From positions 1-64,000 of IMG/VR virus record IMGVR_UViG_3300025141_012665: a stretch of 64,000 nt of DNA; one strand, 5' to 3'. A program made the position numbers and the translations under genes. The DNA is from a virus. The notes below the pieces were generated by a model. That model did not search any database. It was not told the origin of the DNA and worked only from the letters and a program-made list of their open reading frames with translations. This document shows positions 37,501-45,480 of the stretch, in pieces (positions within the stretch are counted from its first letter, which is position 1; every line of letters begins with the position of its first letter).

Positions 37501-38869
37501 TGTCCATATCCGGGAGGGAGCCAACATAGTAAAGACTACGAGATGCCTTGAATGGACTCTTGCCGATCAATTTACGGAAAAACCCCTTGCCCTCTTCATC
37601 TTCGTTGCTGAATATTATCTCTGGACATCCTGGCTTATTGAAGATCATCTGTTTTAATCTTATTTTCGGATTTGTAACTGTGGTCGGATCTTCTGTTGGT
37701 TCAAATTTAAAAGTTATCTTCTCCAGATCTGTCATCGACAACCCGGTTGCTTCATCAATTATTTCCATAACATTGTCGCGGAAGTGCAGCAGCATCTCGG
37801 CTTCGAACTCAAGATCTAATATGGCAGACTTGTTTCCGTCAATTGTTTTAAGCATCCCCCCTTCCAGATTTCTCCACTTTTCTAGCTGTTTTTGATATAA
37901 CCTAAATCCGCCGGCGTAAAGGTATAAACCCAAAAATGAGTCTCCGGCGGCTCTCTTGAACATGGGCTCAAAATCTTCTCCAGTAAAAGTAACCTCATAA
38001 TCAGTTTCAAATGGAGTATCCGGATCCGTAACGAGCTTTGCCGGCACCCTTGACCACGCTTCGGCGTCGATACATACAGCAATCTTTGTTCGGCCCTTAA
38101 TCTGGATTGGTACCGTATATCTGATCTCTGTATAATCAAGCAACTCCTCAACTACATCTCTCTGTTCTGCTCTCAAAACATAGCCTGGTACCGGATCCGG
38201 AATGGCGATTGCGGCTCCTATGCCGACAATGGCGCCGATTGTTGCTCCAATGACTGCGCCAACGGGAGTGGCGGCGGATCCTATCGCCGCACCGGTGGCA
38301 GCGCCGGCGCCGGCGGCACTGAGTATGAGATTCGCTTCGGTTTCGGTATCTGTTTTATACCCTTCTTCTTCATAATAGTACACCACAGCAACATCAGACT
38401 TGCCATGGTATTCTAGAAGATTTCTTATTCCTATCCTCTTAATGTCTTCCTGTTTTTTAGTTGGGTTCTTTAATTCAGAAATTTTTGGGCCGCCGCGGTT
38501 CGGCGGGGCAACTTCTAACATATAACAATATGTACAAGTCTTTCCGTCAAAATAAGTATTACCAGGAGTCATGAGAGTATAATCTGGAACATAAGCGTTT
38601 GGATTTGGACGACAAACTGGACATTCCACAGGCTCTGCGCCATTAATTGATATCGGATCACACTCTAAAAATCTAAATGCCTCAACCTGAGAATCGAGAT
38701 CTCCGGTGGCGCCAGAAATAGACTTGGCCTTTGGGGGGCCTGAAGCTTTAGGTAGCTTGTCTTTTCTTTTCTTTCTTTTTGCTGCGCCGGGTCCGGCTGA
38801 AAAAGCTCTCTGATCTTGAGCGAAGGAATCTAAGCTGGTCTTGTTCTGTATATTTTTTATTTTAGGCAT
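31580..38869 (-). CDS. Very large (2429 aa) acidic, largely helical virion-associated protein with glycine zipper and HxH cluster
   Basis: Single long ORF between the spike-like and gp25-like genes. GAGAATGAAIGSAATPVGAVIGATIGAIVGIGA near the N-terminus and HTH/HVH/HEH near the C-terminus. Confidence 0.6.
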   Translation of the reverse strand: MPKIKNIQNKTSLDSFAQDQRAFSAGPGAAKRKKRKDKLPKASGPPKAKSISGATGDLDSQVEAFRFLECDPISINGAEPVECPVCRPNPNAYVPDYTLMTPGNTYFDGKTCTYCYMLEVAPPNRGGPKISELKNPTKKQEDIKRIGIRNLLEYHGKSDVAVVYYYEEEGYKTDTETEANLILSAAGAGAATGAAIGSAATPVGAVIGATIGAIVGIGAAIAIPDPVPGYVLRAEQRDVVEELLDYTEIRYTVPIQIKGRTKIAVCIDAEAWSRVPAKLVTDPDTPFETDYEVTFTGEDFEPMFKRAAGDSFLGLYLYAGGFRLYQKQLEKWRNLEGGMLKTIDGNKSAILDLEFEAEMLLHFRDNVMEIIDEATGLSMTDLEKITFKFEPTEDPTTVTNPKIRLKQMIFNKPGCPEIIFSNEDEEGKGFFRKLIGKSPFKASRSLYYVGSLPDMDKDLTAGEPVPWLEFVLKYTYPMLQVSYDSDNLNLFNDPSLGACLADSLLDEEGVIGAMMEALGAELSALPDAILGGLAENLCLTQEQMEEKDFKLGDQLDEDLSKTWEDAKSEIGKGDPYLDSVFIYLESILKKKKSDDETMGTIWDTLMSRLGYCGWIALIMKALDCLMQGMDQESFMKATVEAWLLEANDYVLQGVIAGLPQEDKDRIQALSDEKYANLPPPWDTMAYQIGSYNSPGMTTSEAYEAIMAGETGAGEEADAAQEASAEEAAAEYTTSQVTIHTDYEAKKADLEAQEMSDEYKVAALKILEKEYEDALYDLKYSPADPASALEGDEKFWGIAYSPETDDFSFGEGSAGAGGTYGEAMGDVQKEVFDAYRNLLLDAVGVDVLFGMISKAPGGGIIGQFFKTIPCKLPPPWTFDPQLDSFLNTLEFDMCQIAGGKVFDITMPHLADRWRLSDFNLHKQLWNAVKIAMKKAVVAIVVAMLRGLINSLLTAACDALKMLGANLADLYDGSDHFRNLLLENLCPDASADQLNASLKNFFGALGGPDSDCLASLSNGEMGEYIDDISLMLTQEQVMQLLQGNATPETLALATETARISTSECIRDLFSDPAAIAQFFRSLNIFVPANAFERYIPDLPVSPCPPGTYARIEDIKCGLLSKKGLSKKECREELDKLKDKSIQDLQDLINLMENGPLADFPPIQSSAECPVDGFYPNNPGPVDGQANSSVSALLLSPIETGVIKDLMDSDGVLNNILADTEGRRWTSHNTKVRWFGAPLARQMGIFGWNCDDSIKNPDGGGSVDQFGNTLSGQDAGTQSWIINLGAGAQGGFPPTVGAWMAKKFRSMNPELKTAIIPSGYSSLAEAKADVEEKEAINAERIEARQKYVSAFIKEHGIDSVNATSDSAELAGMLRKACYSARVFEKGIRHNWEEVEDYEVPASVYWLEILLTGGEIDCCGTEFLGMGHSAVYSVQQVKPTGWSDSSQELAGTEGKIFVDHYPADDWKLIDVPDIMTPDLSLSYSSHDTNDEGEPTFSFNLAYDYNLPDKDGFIGKRNDYTIRIKVTTASPPEEDEYAEGQFSEPIITGKAYSWTDYSFKVEANLDKDTRRYINELPMSNHVNDSWQAEVFYRMISKSIIDASSNKSETSAALAADSVRAYFSTSGSGKKFDDITSGFFRRLANRISTGRSFANPNIDIDDSDADEAGFLEPDVSNIVSDDVPSDPVMANIATGFSYGYNQDGPEIIFLDNETYGGPLGRLFPDLVPPPFYVAPPKYTGWKEIAEAFVPSPDGCDPARGPLFTLGDLEQKASQLTSKLEQDERFSQDPLCTQEAPYDKIFENSTIANIDSVLRAATRVYITEAFMRAVPIISQFEFNKDNIESGIVEFIVERIKRGLEPDGVSKWLWWNDKTNDDDYYYRFIEQAFNVVSKKVDSKILDPEKDFNSEEKRAYNTIKTKIAEFYEKNDGDLAALSFSAIKHQSFMANMFDNTATAKFGGIGAGSSDFSKGAAEKAKEYAFELMIDETIDSALVFVKRMVREEIPIVGNMFNSKLYPPIKNIDHLFLLSPAWIRGAVNGDGPLDVTSDPTKANKYNIPSGQHTSVSEAISELQSSGLTDLASSFETAYGGMSEWPFVLEKYVRIIDQESVPAEVANRSENLYDIVNMSDWKTYVQRIKSQGVTGKISEFFGKTPITGETTLDSGHTHEYEVDEKGNGFAFRVCEDKDGLDCHVHRIINWKVKESDDHEHDLPMPAWRFGLRLCYLPEADESNTFRPIISTIDKEARMREKAYELASPEGSRFLIPIASAELEIPDQEFSSFDPESYDVYCLIPELIKSAEYKSLFRYVFPFHRFLSLLTIYCMQGFYDSLGNEGWPDQGGDMWENRGGNFWSSFSGWERADEQVFSNSREAAKNALNALYETTQAEYSSETSSKAAALSFAELLKPKLNFEDGLRWWQRGKRIKNSPFNMDGDNCK

Positions 38870-38871
38870 TT

Positions 38872-40332
38872 CTAATTTGTCCTATTATAACGGCTATTGA
38901 TATACACAGGGCTGGCGCCTGGCATCAGATAAGTACGATTGATCCACCCTAGTCGCTTTTCGTGTATACTTAGTGCGCCGATGACGCCCGTATTTATTAA
39001 TACACTGTTTGTCTGTACTGCCCCAATGGCGGCCGGATTCAAAGAAGACACGACGAGGGCGCCCCAATTACCGACACCAAGATATGGATTTGTACAAAGT
39101 ACAGTGTTGATAGTCGCTTGTCTGAGAGCCAACTCTTTAACTATGTTATTTAGGGACCCCAAAGAATCAAGTATCTTTGATAGGGACTCTGCAAGATTGT
39201 TTCCTTTTGGGATTGGCTGCAAATACATCTGGGTAGGTTCCAATACATCGTCCCCACTCCAGGCGGCCGGGAAGTCTCTATTTCCAGCTATCAAGTCGAT
39301 GCCATATGTAATGCCGATGTCTCCGTATAGAGATGTTTTTTGTTGTGGTCCGCCACCTGTAACTATTTTTATACCCTTATTGGCCATGATCCTTACTGAG
39401 TCTGCCTTTATTCCTATGGCCGAATCCGTCATGGACCTGCCGACAAAACCCCTGCATATTCCAAAGTAGTCATCGATGTCTGCTCTCTGTGATATGTAAA
39501 TTCGAGCCGCGTCACCGGGCATGCCCGTATTCATGCTACCAAAATTCTTTTCAACCGCCATCTCGTGGTTCGGGCCATGGCCCTGAAGACCAACAACAAG
39601 ATCTATGGCGCCGGCTCTGGTGTGCCCCTTTCCTCCATATCCCGAAGTTGGGCTAGCCGATCTATCTCTGCCTACAATGATCCAAGCGTTGTTGGGTGCG
39701 CGGCCGCCCTTGGTGTAGTTTAATATTTCTTCACTTGTATACTCTAGCGGTTTGTTGGGTGTGCCTGTACCCGGAATCTTCCTATTATATGCCGGTACCG
39801 ATTCCGAAAGAACACCATTGTTCTTTCCTTTTTGTATATGTTCCGCTCTTTGTAGCGCCTCAAGGAGTTCGGGCGCCGCACCATCAAAAGGGCTTATAGA
39901 TTTTTTCGTCCAGTTTTTGAAGTCGTTGAGTAACTCTTCCGGCGTTTCTGATTCAGCATCTTTCTGTTCTGCGTCCCATCCGTCATCTAAATCTTCCTCC
40001 TCTCTAACATCTGCGATATCTAGCGGTTCTTCATATCCTGGCGGAGTTCCATCGGTTGCGTTTGGCGTATCCGGCTCGACTTGATCTTCGCCGGGAATGA
40101 TGACCATCCCAGCATTGTCGCCGGAGGCTGAAGAACCTCCAGATGCAGTTGGAGACACATCATCTTTTTCTGCGTTTGGATCGTACTCTCCTGGCCCCCA
40201 CTTTGTCTGTGTTGCCTTGTCTCCCGTAAGAGCAAGGGACGACTCATATAGGCTTCTCGCGGTCTCAATATCGACCTGAAGGGTCTGCGCGAACTCTTTT
40301 AGTCCTTTTTCATCATAGTATATATCGCCCAT
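38872..40332 (-). CDS. Putative baseplate spike/hub component (gp5/gpV C-terminal-like)
   Basis: Acidic disordered N-terminus followed by short repeated beta strands (AWIIVGRD, GAIDLVVG, ARIYISQ, SAIGIKADSVRIMA, GIKIVT, GIDLIAG) typical of spike beta-helices. Position in the baseplate module. Confidence 0.5.
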   Translation of the reverse strand: MGDIYYDEKGLKEFAQTLQVDIETARSLYESSLALTGDKATQTKWGPGEYDPNAEKDDVSPTASGGSSASGDNAGMVIIPGEDQVEPDTPNATDGTPPGYEEPLDIADVREEEDLDDGWDAEQKDAESETPEELLNDFKNWTKKSISPFDGAAPELLEALQRAEHIQKGKNNGVLSESVPAYNRKIPGTGTPNKPLEYTSEEILNYTKGGRAPNNAWIIVGRDRSASPTSGYGGKGHTRAGAIDLVVGLQGHGPNHEMAVEKNFGSMNTGMPGDAARIYISQRADIDDYFGICRGFVGRSMTDSAIGIKADSVRIMANKGIKIVTGGGPQQKTSLYGDIGITYGIDLIAGNRDFPAAWSGDDVLEPTQMYLQPIPKGNNLAESLSKILDSLGSLNNIVKELALRQATINTVLCTNPYLGVGNWGALVVSSLNPAAIGAVQTNSVLINTGVIGALSIHEKRLGWINRTYLMPGASPVYINSRYNRTN

Positions 40333-40352
40333 TTTTTAAACCTTTATTGTCC

Positions 40353-42083
40353 TTATACTTCGTCAGGGGTGGTCGGAATACTCGTACTGGCCTGTGCCTC
40401 AGCACTTATTTGAGCTGCCGACTTATAGCTAGGATCCACAGCGACCCGGTCCGCTTCGGGCCAAGCAACAACCCACCCAGACTCTTCATATCTTGCTATC
40501 GCCTCTGCTTTAGTCAAATCCTTGCCAAGTGGTGGCGGGGTCGGGAGAGCATCTTCGTCAGCCTCCGGGCAATCTGATCGGCCTTCCATTCTAAACCTTA
40601 CAAATTCATAATTATCCCAGCCGGCTGGATTTACAGACATTATAGATACCCTGCCGGAACTCCGATGCGCTCCTAAGATTTTCATACCTTTTCCGTCCCA
40701 TGGTGACCAAACTATAGAAGCGTGGCCCTGGGAGTCTGGATCGGGGTATTTATTAGTATGATAAGTATATCCAAGAAAATCACCTGGCTTGGCGTCTTTA
40801 TAGTTATGGACTCTGTACCCGCAGTCGAAGTGCAAAAAGATCTCCTCCAAGTTGCCGGTCGATGAGCCCACGGATGGATGAAAAAACTCCCCGCCACCCC
40901 ACCTGTTGAACATGGCCGCAACGAGAATCTTTTTTTCTAGTTCTCCAGTTTCTTTGTTTTTTTTGAAGCCGGCATCGCCAGCGGCGCCGGTTGAAGTTCC
41001 ATCATACGAGAAAACCGGGCTTGTGAATACATTGAACCCCAAATCTGCAAAAACTTGTTGCGTAAAAGTGGTGCAAACCAACCCATCGGATTTCTTTTTT
41101 GTCGCGGTGCCTGGGATTGGATCTCCCTTCTTCGCGTAATCGTCCGGGTCCTTGCCTTCGGGGACCGGCTCGTCCTTGGCGTATGTCTTCCTCGATCTCA
41201 AGACCTCGGCGTCGTCTATATAATCTGTCCCCCAATACTTCAGTGCGAGTTTAAGGACATCGTTGCCAGAACATATATCTTTGAGTTGTTCCGGTATCGG
41301 ACCAATGGGAGTTACCGGTACATCCTCCATGGCTGCCTCCTCCATAATTTCCTTGATACTGGGATCCTCGGCGGCCCACTCTGGCATCTTTCGTGGTCGT
41401 CCTCCGTTGAGAACCTCCACAACCGATCCGGGAGAGTCACCGAAAACCTGACGCGGATTCTCAAATTTAAACTTAATTAAAGAGCCGGGGACAAGAGAGA
41501 ATTTATCCTCCCAATCTGTTATCAGTGGGAGCCTTCTTATGTATTCTTCTCTTTTTATGGGATTGGGTTCGGCTAGCGGATTTCCGAAGTTCTGGTGGAT
41601 CGCAGGCGCCATTACTCTATAGCCCTTGTGCTGTCCTATCTGCTTGGGCGGCTGATGTGTGAGATAATCTGGGTGGGAGAAAACGGGGGTCTCCTCTATG
41701 GCGCACACTATTCCAAATTGAACTGCGCGTCCATCGATGGATTGTGGTTTAAGGTTTTTTTTAAATATTTCGCCGATGACTTCCATAGTATTGTGCGTGA
41801 AGTCAAATTCTGTAAGTGTCGGATTGTCCGGATCAAAAAACTCAGCGCCGAACTCCGGATCGTAAGATAGTTCACTGGGATATCCCAATGTAGAGTTTGC
41901 AGCGTTATTGAGCATGCCGATCATTGCGGCGCGGGCTTTGTTCGTATCGTTATTGTTGTCTTCAATGAAAGTTTCATACCGGCTGGCTGGATTGTCGACT
42001 TCAATGGGAAGTCTATCATCATAGTCAAAATGTCTAGTTCTACTAGAAGGTTCGTCTTTATCTTTCTTGTTCCACCACGCCAT
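40353..42083 (-). CDS. Baseplate-associated protein with C-terminal NlpC/P60-like (papain-fold) peptidase
   Basis: Start re-assigned to ATG 42083 (MAWWNKK, GAGGGGG SD). ALKYWG.DY, GLVCTTF (catalytic Cys), PGDFL, GHASI (His) and GAHRSSGRV. Confidence 0.65.
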   Translation of the reverse strand: MAWWNKKDKDEPSSRTRHFDYDDRLPIEVDNPASRYETFIEDNNNDTNKARAAMIGMLNNAANSTLGYPSELSYDPEFGAEFFDPDNPTLTEFDFTHNTMEVIGEIFKKNLKPQSIDGRAVQFGIVCAIEETPVFSHPDYLTHQPPKQIGQHKGYRVMAPAIHQNFGNPLAEPNPIKREEYIRRLPLITDWEDKFSLVPGSLIKFKFENPRQVFGDSPGSVVEVLNGGRPRKMPEWAAEDPSIKEIMEEAAMEDVPVTPIGPIPEQLKDICSGNDVLKLALKYWGTDYIDDAEVLRSRKTYAKDEPVPEGKDPDDYAKKGDPIPGTATKKKSDGLVCTTFTQQVFADLGFNVFTSPVFSYDGTSTGAAGDAGFKKNKETGELEKKILVAAMFNRWGGGEFFHPSVGSSTGNLEEIFLHFDCGYRVHNYKDAKPGDFLGYTYHTNKYPDPDSQGHASIVWSPWDGKGMKILGAHRSSGRVSIMSVNPAGWDNYEFVRFRMEGRSDCPEADEDALPTPPPLGKDLTKAEAIARYEESGWVVAWPEADRVAVDPSYKSAAQISAEAQASTSIPTTPDEV

Positions 42084-42087
42084 AAAT

Positions 42088-42381
42088 TTATTCCCCCTCT
42101 TTGTCTTGCAGCATATCAAAAATATCAGCCTTATCATCTTCTGATAATCCTTCTGATAATCCTGCTTGTTGCTTCTGGATAAGGGAAGATACTTTTACTA
42201 GCTGCTCGTTTGATCTCTGAAGTGTCTCCACATACTTGGCCGCGGTCTGGCCAACGAACTTGTGATTCTCTTCGTTCTTGCCAATATAGCGGATCACATC
42301 ATCAAGAAGCTCTCTGGTGACCTCACGGTCATCCTGAATGTTCTTGATTGCTTTTCCAAGGTAGTGGTCTAAGTCTTTCAT
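42088..42381 (-). CDS. Hypothetical helical protein (97 aa)
   Basis: ORF fills the gap with an ATGA overlap to the sigma-like gene. Amphipathic helices. Confidence 0.7.
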   Translation of the reverse strand: MKDLDHYLGKAIKNIQDDREVTRELLDDVIRYIGKNEENHKFVGQTAAKYVETLQRSNEQLVKVSSLIQKQQAGLSEGLSEDDKADIFDMLQDKEGE

Positions 42382-43121
42382 AAGTCGCCTTTATCCCAGT
42401 TGCATCGGAAAACTCTATACTTGGCCCTCATACTGTTTAGGCTGTTAACAACCTGTTTTGTATTAAGTCCAGTAATTTCCCTCATATATAAGTAAATAGC
42501 TTTCTTATTGAAAATTTCGATATTATCAGCCTCATCAAAAAGCATCCGGATGGCGTTAAGAACCTTTTCTTCGTTGGGCTTCATATCTTCGTGCTCCCAA
42601 GAGTCTATTTCTTCGCGAAGCAGGCCTAAGAATTCTTTTGTTTCTCGATTTTTATCATAAGGGTTTGTGGTCGATATGTGTTTAAGTTCTAGTTCTTTTG
42701 ATAGTACCGAAAGCTCAACCTCCGTTCTTCTCTTTTTGCTTCTCTTTTTTGTCTGATGGATAAACCAGTTTTTAGTAATAACACTAAAATAAGAAAAAGC
42801 CTTAGACCCTCTGTTGGGATCGTATTTACTAAGAATAGTTATGAGCCATATTTTGCACTCATCTCTAAGCGCATCAATATTTGGAAGAGTAGTAAATTTA
42901 TAAGTAAACACTATCTTATCAACCATCTCGCCAAAAGCCGGCTCTATATATTTTACATACAGTTCTGTTCTTTCTTTTATACTTTCAGTCTTAACATATT
43001 GTATAATTGCATCCTCATGAACCTGAGTAAAATACAGTCTTTTTGTTCGTTTTCTGCGTTTCTTCTTGGGCGGTGTCGGTAGCTTCACCACCTTCGCTTT
43101 GTCGCTCGTAGTCATAAACAT
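42378..43121 (-). CDS. Phage RNA polymerase sigma factor (T4 gp55-like, sigma region 2)
   Basis: KYDPNRGSKAFSYFSVITKNWFI resembles the region-2 motif of gp55-like late sigmas (FDP....PFAYFT.I). C-terminal HTH-like MREITGLNTKQV. GAGGAG RBS. Confidence 0.7.
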   Translation of the reverse strand: MFMTTSDKAKVVKLPTPPKKKRRKRTKRLYFTQVHEDAIIQYVKTESIKERTELYVKYIEPAFGEMVDKIVFTYKFTTLPNIDALRDECKIWLITILSKYDPNRGSKAFSYFSVITKNWFIHQTKKRSKKRRTEVELSVLSKELELKHISTTNPYDKNRETKEFLGLLREEIDSWEHEDMKPNEEKVLNAIRMLFDEADNIEIFNKKAIYLYMREITGLNTKQVVNSLNSMRAKYRVFRCNWDKGDL

Positions 43122-43437
43122 CTATCTCCTCTAAATTTTCTTCTTCATCTTCGTCCAAAAGCGTGTAGATTTCTTCGAAATCAACAAGAGTTTCAGAATA
43201 TTGTCCGACATGTCGAATTAAACTACCGAGAGTTTCATCTCCGTAGAATGCCTCCAGTTCATGTACAGATTCCAAGTGATCGCGGAAAGAGATAGTCTCA
43301 TCCACGAGAACACCAAGGTTTTCTGAAACGAAATGGAGGCGAGATACAAGATTTCTTAAATACCAAACAAAGAATACATTAAGTAGTAATGAGACAATCA
43401 ATGCCCCACCTAGCACCAATAACACTACTAGGTTCAT
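43015..43437 (-). CDS. Hypothetical membrane-anchored acidic coiled-coil protein
   Basis: N-terminal TM (LVVLLVLGGALIVSLLLNVFFVWY), GAGGAG RBS. 3' end overlaps the sigma gene by 107 bp. Confidence 0.65.
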   Translation of the reverse strand: MNLVVLLVLGGALIVSLLLNVFFVWYLRNLVSRLHFVSENLGVLVDETISFRDHLESVHELEAFYGDETLGSLIRHVGQYSETLVDFEEIYTLLDEDEEENLEEIDVYDYERQSEGGEATDTAQEETQKTNKKTVFYSGS

Positions 43438-43691
43438 CTGTCAAGCTCCTCTTTCATTTTTTTCTTCTCTTCTTTTACTTCTTTTTTTACATCGCGGATA
43501 AACTCTTTCACAAGCTCACCAGTTTTCTTCTCTGACGATGCTTTGCTTTTGGTAGAGTAAGCCACTGACGGAACCCTAAACAGAGAACCATCGGCGGTGC
43601 ACTCGTCACAGTTTCGAAGCTTCATGAACATTCCATGAACGGCTTCGAAAGCATGATCGCATTCTTTGCATTTGTAAGCGTACTTAGGCAC
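43434..43691 (-). CDS. FmdB-family zinc-ribbon protein
   Basis: MPKYAYKCKECDHAFE ... CDEC pattern. Confidence 0.8.
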   Translation of the reverse strand: MPKYAYKCKECDHAFEAVHGMFMKLRNCDECTADGSLFRVPSVAYSTKSKASSEKKTGELVKEFIRDVKKEVKEEKKKMKEELDR

Positions 43692-43886
43692 TTACTCCTC
43701 TTCCTCTTCTTCGTCACCATGGCCAAGCTTAACTAGCGGAGGGTTCATTACCACTAATCCTTCTTCGGACAACCTAAACTTAAAGGCCTTAAGTACCGGG
43801 ACGATATCGCTTTGCTCTAATAGTGACTTTTGTAGAGCCATCATTAGTGCGCCTAGCGCTTGGTCAGATAATTGCATTTCATTCAT
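43692..43886 (-). CDS. Hypothetical protein (64 aa)
   Basis: ATGA overlap with gmd, AGGAG RBS, acidic tail. Confidence 0.65.
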   Translation of the reverse strand: MNEMQLSDQALGALMMALQKSLLEQSDIVPVLKAFKFRLSEEGLVVMNPPLVKLGHGDEEEEEE

Positions 43887-44860
43887 CTTATTTCTCCTTT
43901 AATCTTTTTAAGATCTGATTCATACATCATTTTAGCTAATTCTTCAAATCCCACTTTTGGGATCCAATTAAGTTTTCTTCTTGCTTTGGATGGGTCACCC
44001 AACAAAAGCGGCACTTCATGGGGCCTAAATAGCCTCTCATCGATTTCTACATGCTTTTCTGTGTCCAGACCCGCATGTTCGAAAACAGCCTCTAAAAAGG
44101 CCCTTACAGAGTGCGTTCTGCCGGTTGCGACAACATAGTCATCTGGTTCATCCTGCTGGAGCATTAGCCACATCATTTCGACATAATCCCCAGCGAAGCC
44201 CCAATCTCGCTTTGAGTCGAGGTAGCCAAGATATAACTTTTCTTGAATGCCTAGTTTTATTCTTGCTGCTGCTAATGTAATTTTTCTTGTAACGAAAGTC
44301 TCGCCTCTTCGCGGTGACTCATGGTTAAATAGGATGCCCGAAGAGACATGCATGCCGTAGCTCTCGCGATAGTTGCGGACTAGATTGTGGGCGAATACTT
44401 TTGCGCAAGCATAAGGCGAGGCCGGCATTAATGCAGTATTCTCGTTTTGTGGGTGCTCTGGGTTGTCTCCGAACATCTCTGACGAGGATGCTTGATAAAT
44501 GCGAGCATCCGGGACTATGTGTCGTGCCGCCTCTAGAAGGCGAAGTGTGCCCATAGCGATACCATCAACGGTTGATTCTGGGACTTCGAAGGATACACGG
44601 ACATGGGACTGTGCTGCCAGATTATAGATTTCGTCTGGCTTGTATTCCTGTAGAAGTCTCCATATACAACCTGCATCGTTTAGTTCGAAATAACGCATTT
44701 CAAAATCTTCATGGTAGTATACATCATCTATTCTTTCCGTGCAGACTGTTGAAGATCTTCTTTTGAGCCCAACAACCTTGTATCCCTTTTCTAACAAAAA
44801 CTCTGCAAGATATGAGCCGTCCTGCCCGGTGATTCCCGTTATTAGTGCCGTCTTATTCAT
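43883..44860 (-). CDS. gmd: GDP-mannose 4,6-dehydratase
   Basis: [60 protein letters not shown]. Confidence 0.97.
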   Translation of the reverse strand: MNKTALITGITGQDGSYLAEFLLEKGYKVVGLKRRSSTVCTERIDDVYYHEDFEMRYFELNDAGCIWRLLQEYKPDEIYNLAAQSHVRVSFEVPESTVDGIAMGTLRLLEAARHIVPDARIYQASSSEMFGDNPEHPQNENTALMPASPYACAKVFAHNLVRNYRESYGMHVSSGILFNHESPRRGETFVTRKITLAAARIKLGIQEKLYLGYLDSKRDWGFAGDYVEMMWLMLQQDEPDDYVVATGRTHSVRAFLEAVFEHAGLDTEKHVEIDERLFRPHEVPLLLGDPSKARRKLNWIPKVGFEELAKMMYESDLKKIKGEIR

Positions 44861-45480
44861 TCGCTCTCGCCCTCTTTGGTCAACAACTCTTCATAGAATG
44901 ATATGTCTCTCTCGTAAATTCTTTCTATGATTTGTCTCACTCTAGTATTTTTCTCTAAAAATTCAATATATTGTTTTTTAATGTCGTCTCTTTTTCTATT
45001 ATGTTTGTTGTTGACTTTAATTCCAAATGCTTCTTCAAGCGCACAATTGACATTATTCATGAGCCATATTTCATCAACATGGATCCTATCATCTTTTGAG
45101 TCAGAAATATAAAATAATTGAGGCTCCACATGGGCATCATAAAACTCTTTCTTTATTTCTTTTATAAATTCCAAAAATCTCTGAGGCTCTTGCTTAATGT
45201 AATAGAACTCTTTTTCCAATGTCTTTGGGCAGTCGTGAGTTCTTATCAGTATTTCCAAATATGCGCTGCAAAATCTATCTATAGGTTCCCGCGCTATACA
45301 GATAACCTTATTTTTTTGCAGAATTTCAGGATTTTCTATAAAATTATCAGCTTTATAAGCGATGCTGCTGGATTCCAATTCTCTTCTGAAAGTTGTGCTA
45401 GCATTTTTAGGAATGGGAATGAAGCAAATTTTCTGCTTTTCGCAAACATACGAAAGACCTTTTGCATGGTTATAAGCCAA
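44857..45480 (-). CDS. Sulfotransferase (Sulfotransfer_2-type)
   Basis: 5'-[14 protein letters not shown], 3'-[13 protein letters not shown] and H..PQ motif. Confidence 0.8.
   Translation of the reverse strand: MAYNHAKGLSYVCEKQKICFIPIPKNASTTFRRELESSSIAYKADNFIENPEILQKNKVICIAREPIDRFCSAYLEILIRTHDCPKTLEKEFYYIKQEPQRFLEFIKEIKKEFYDAHVEPQLFYISDSKDDRIHVDEIWLMNNVNCALEEAFGIKVNNKHNRKRDDIKKQYIEFLEKNTRVRQIIERIYERDISFYEELLTKEGESE

Noticed and set aside
6657-42083. Bacterial extracellular contractile injection system or tailocin locus
   Set aside because: The region is flanked by primase, resolvase, a recombination nuclease and a phage-type sigma, with no cellular housekeeping genes.
42139-42162. 12-bp tandem duplication TTCTGATAATCC x2 (encodes GLSEGLSE)
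   Set aside because: Only two in-frame copies in a linker, consistent with ordinary slippage rather than an array.
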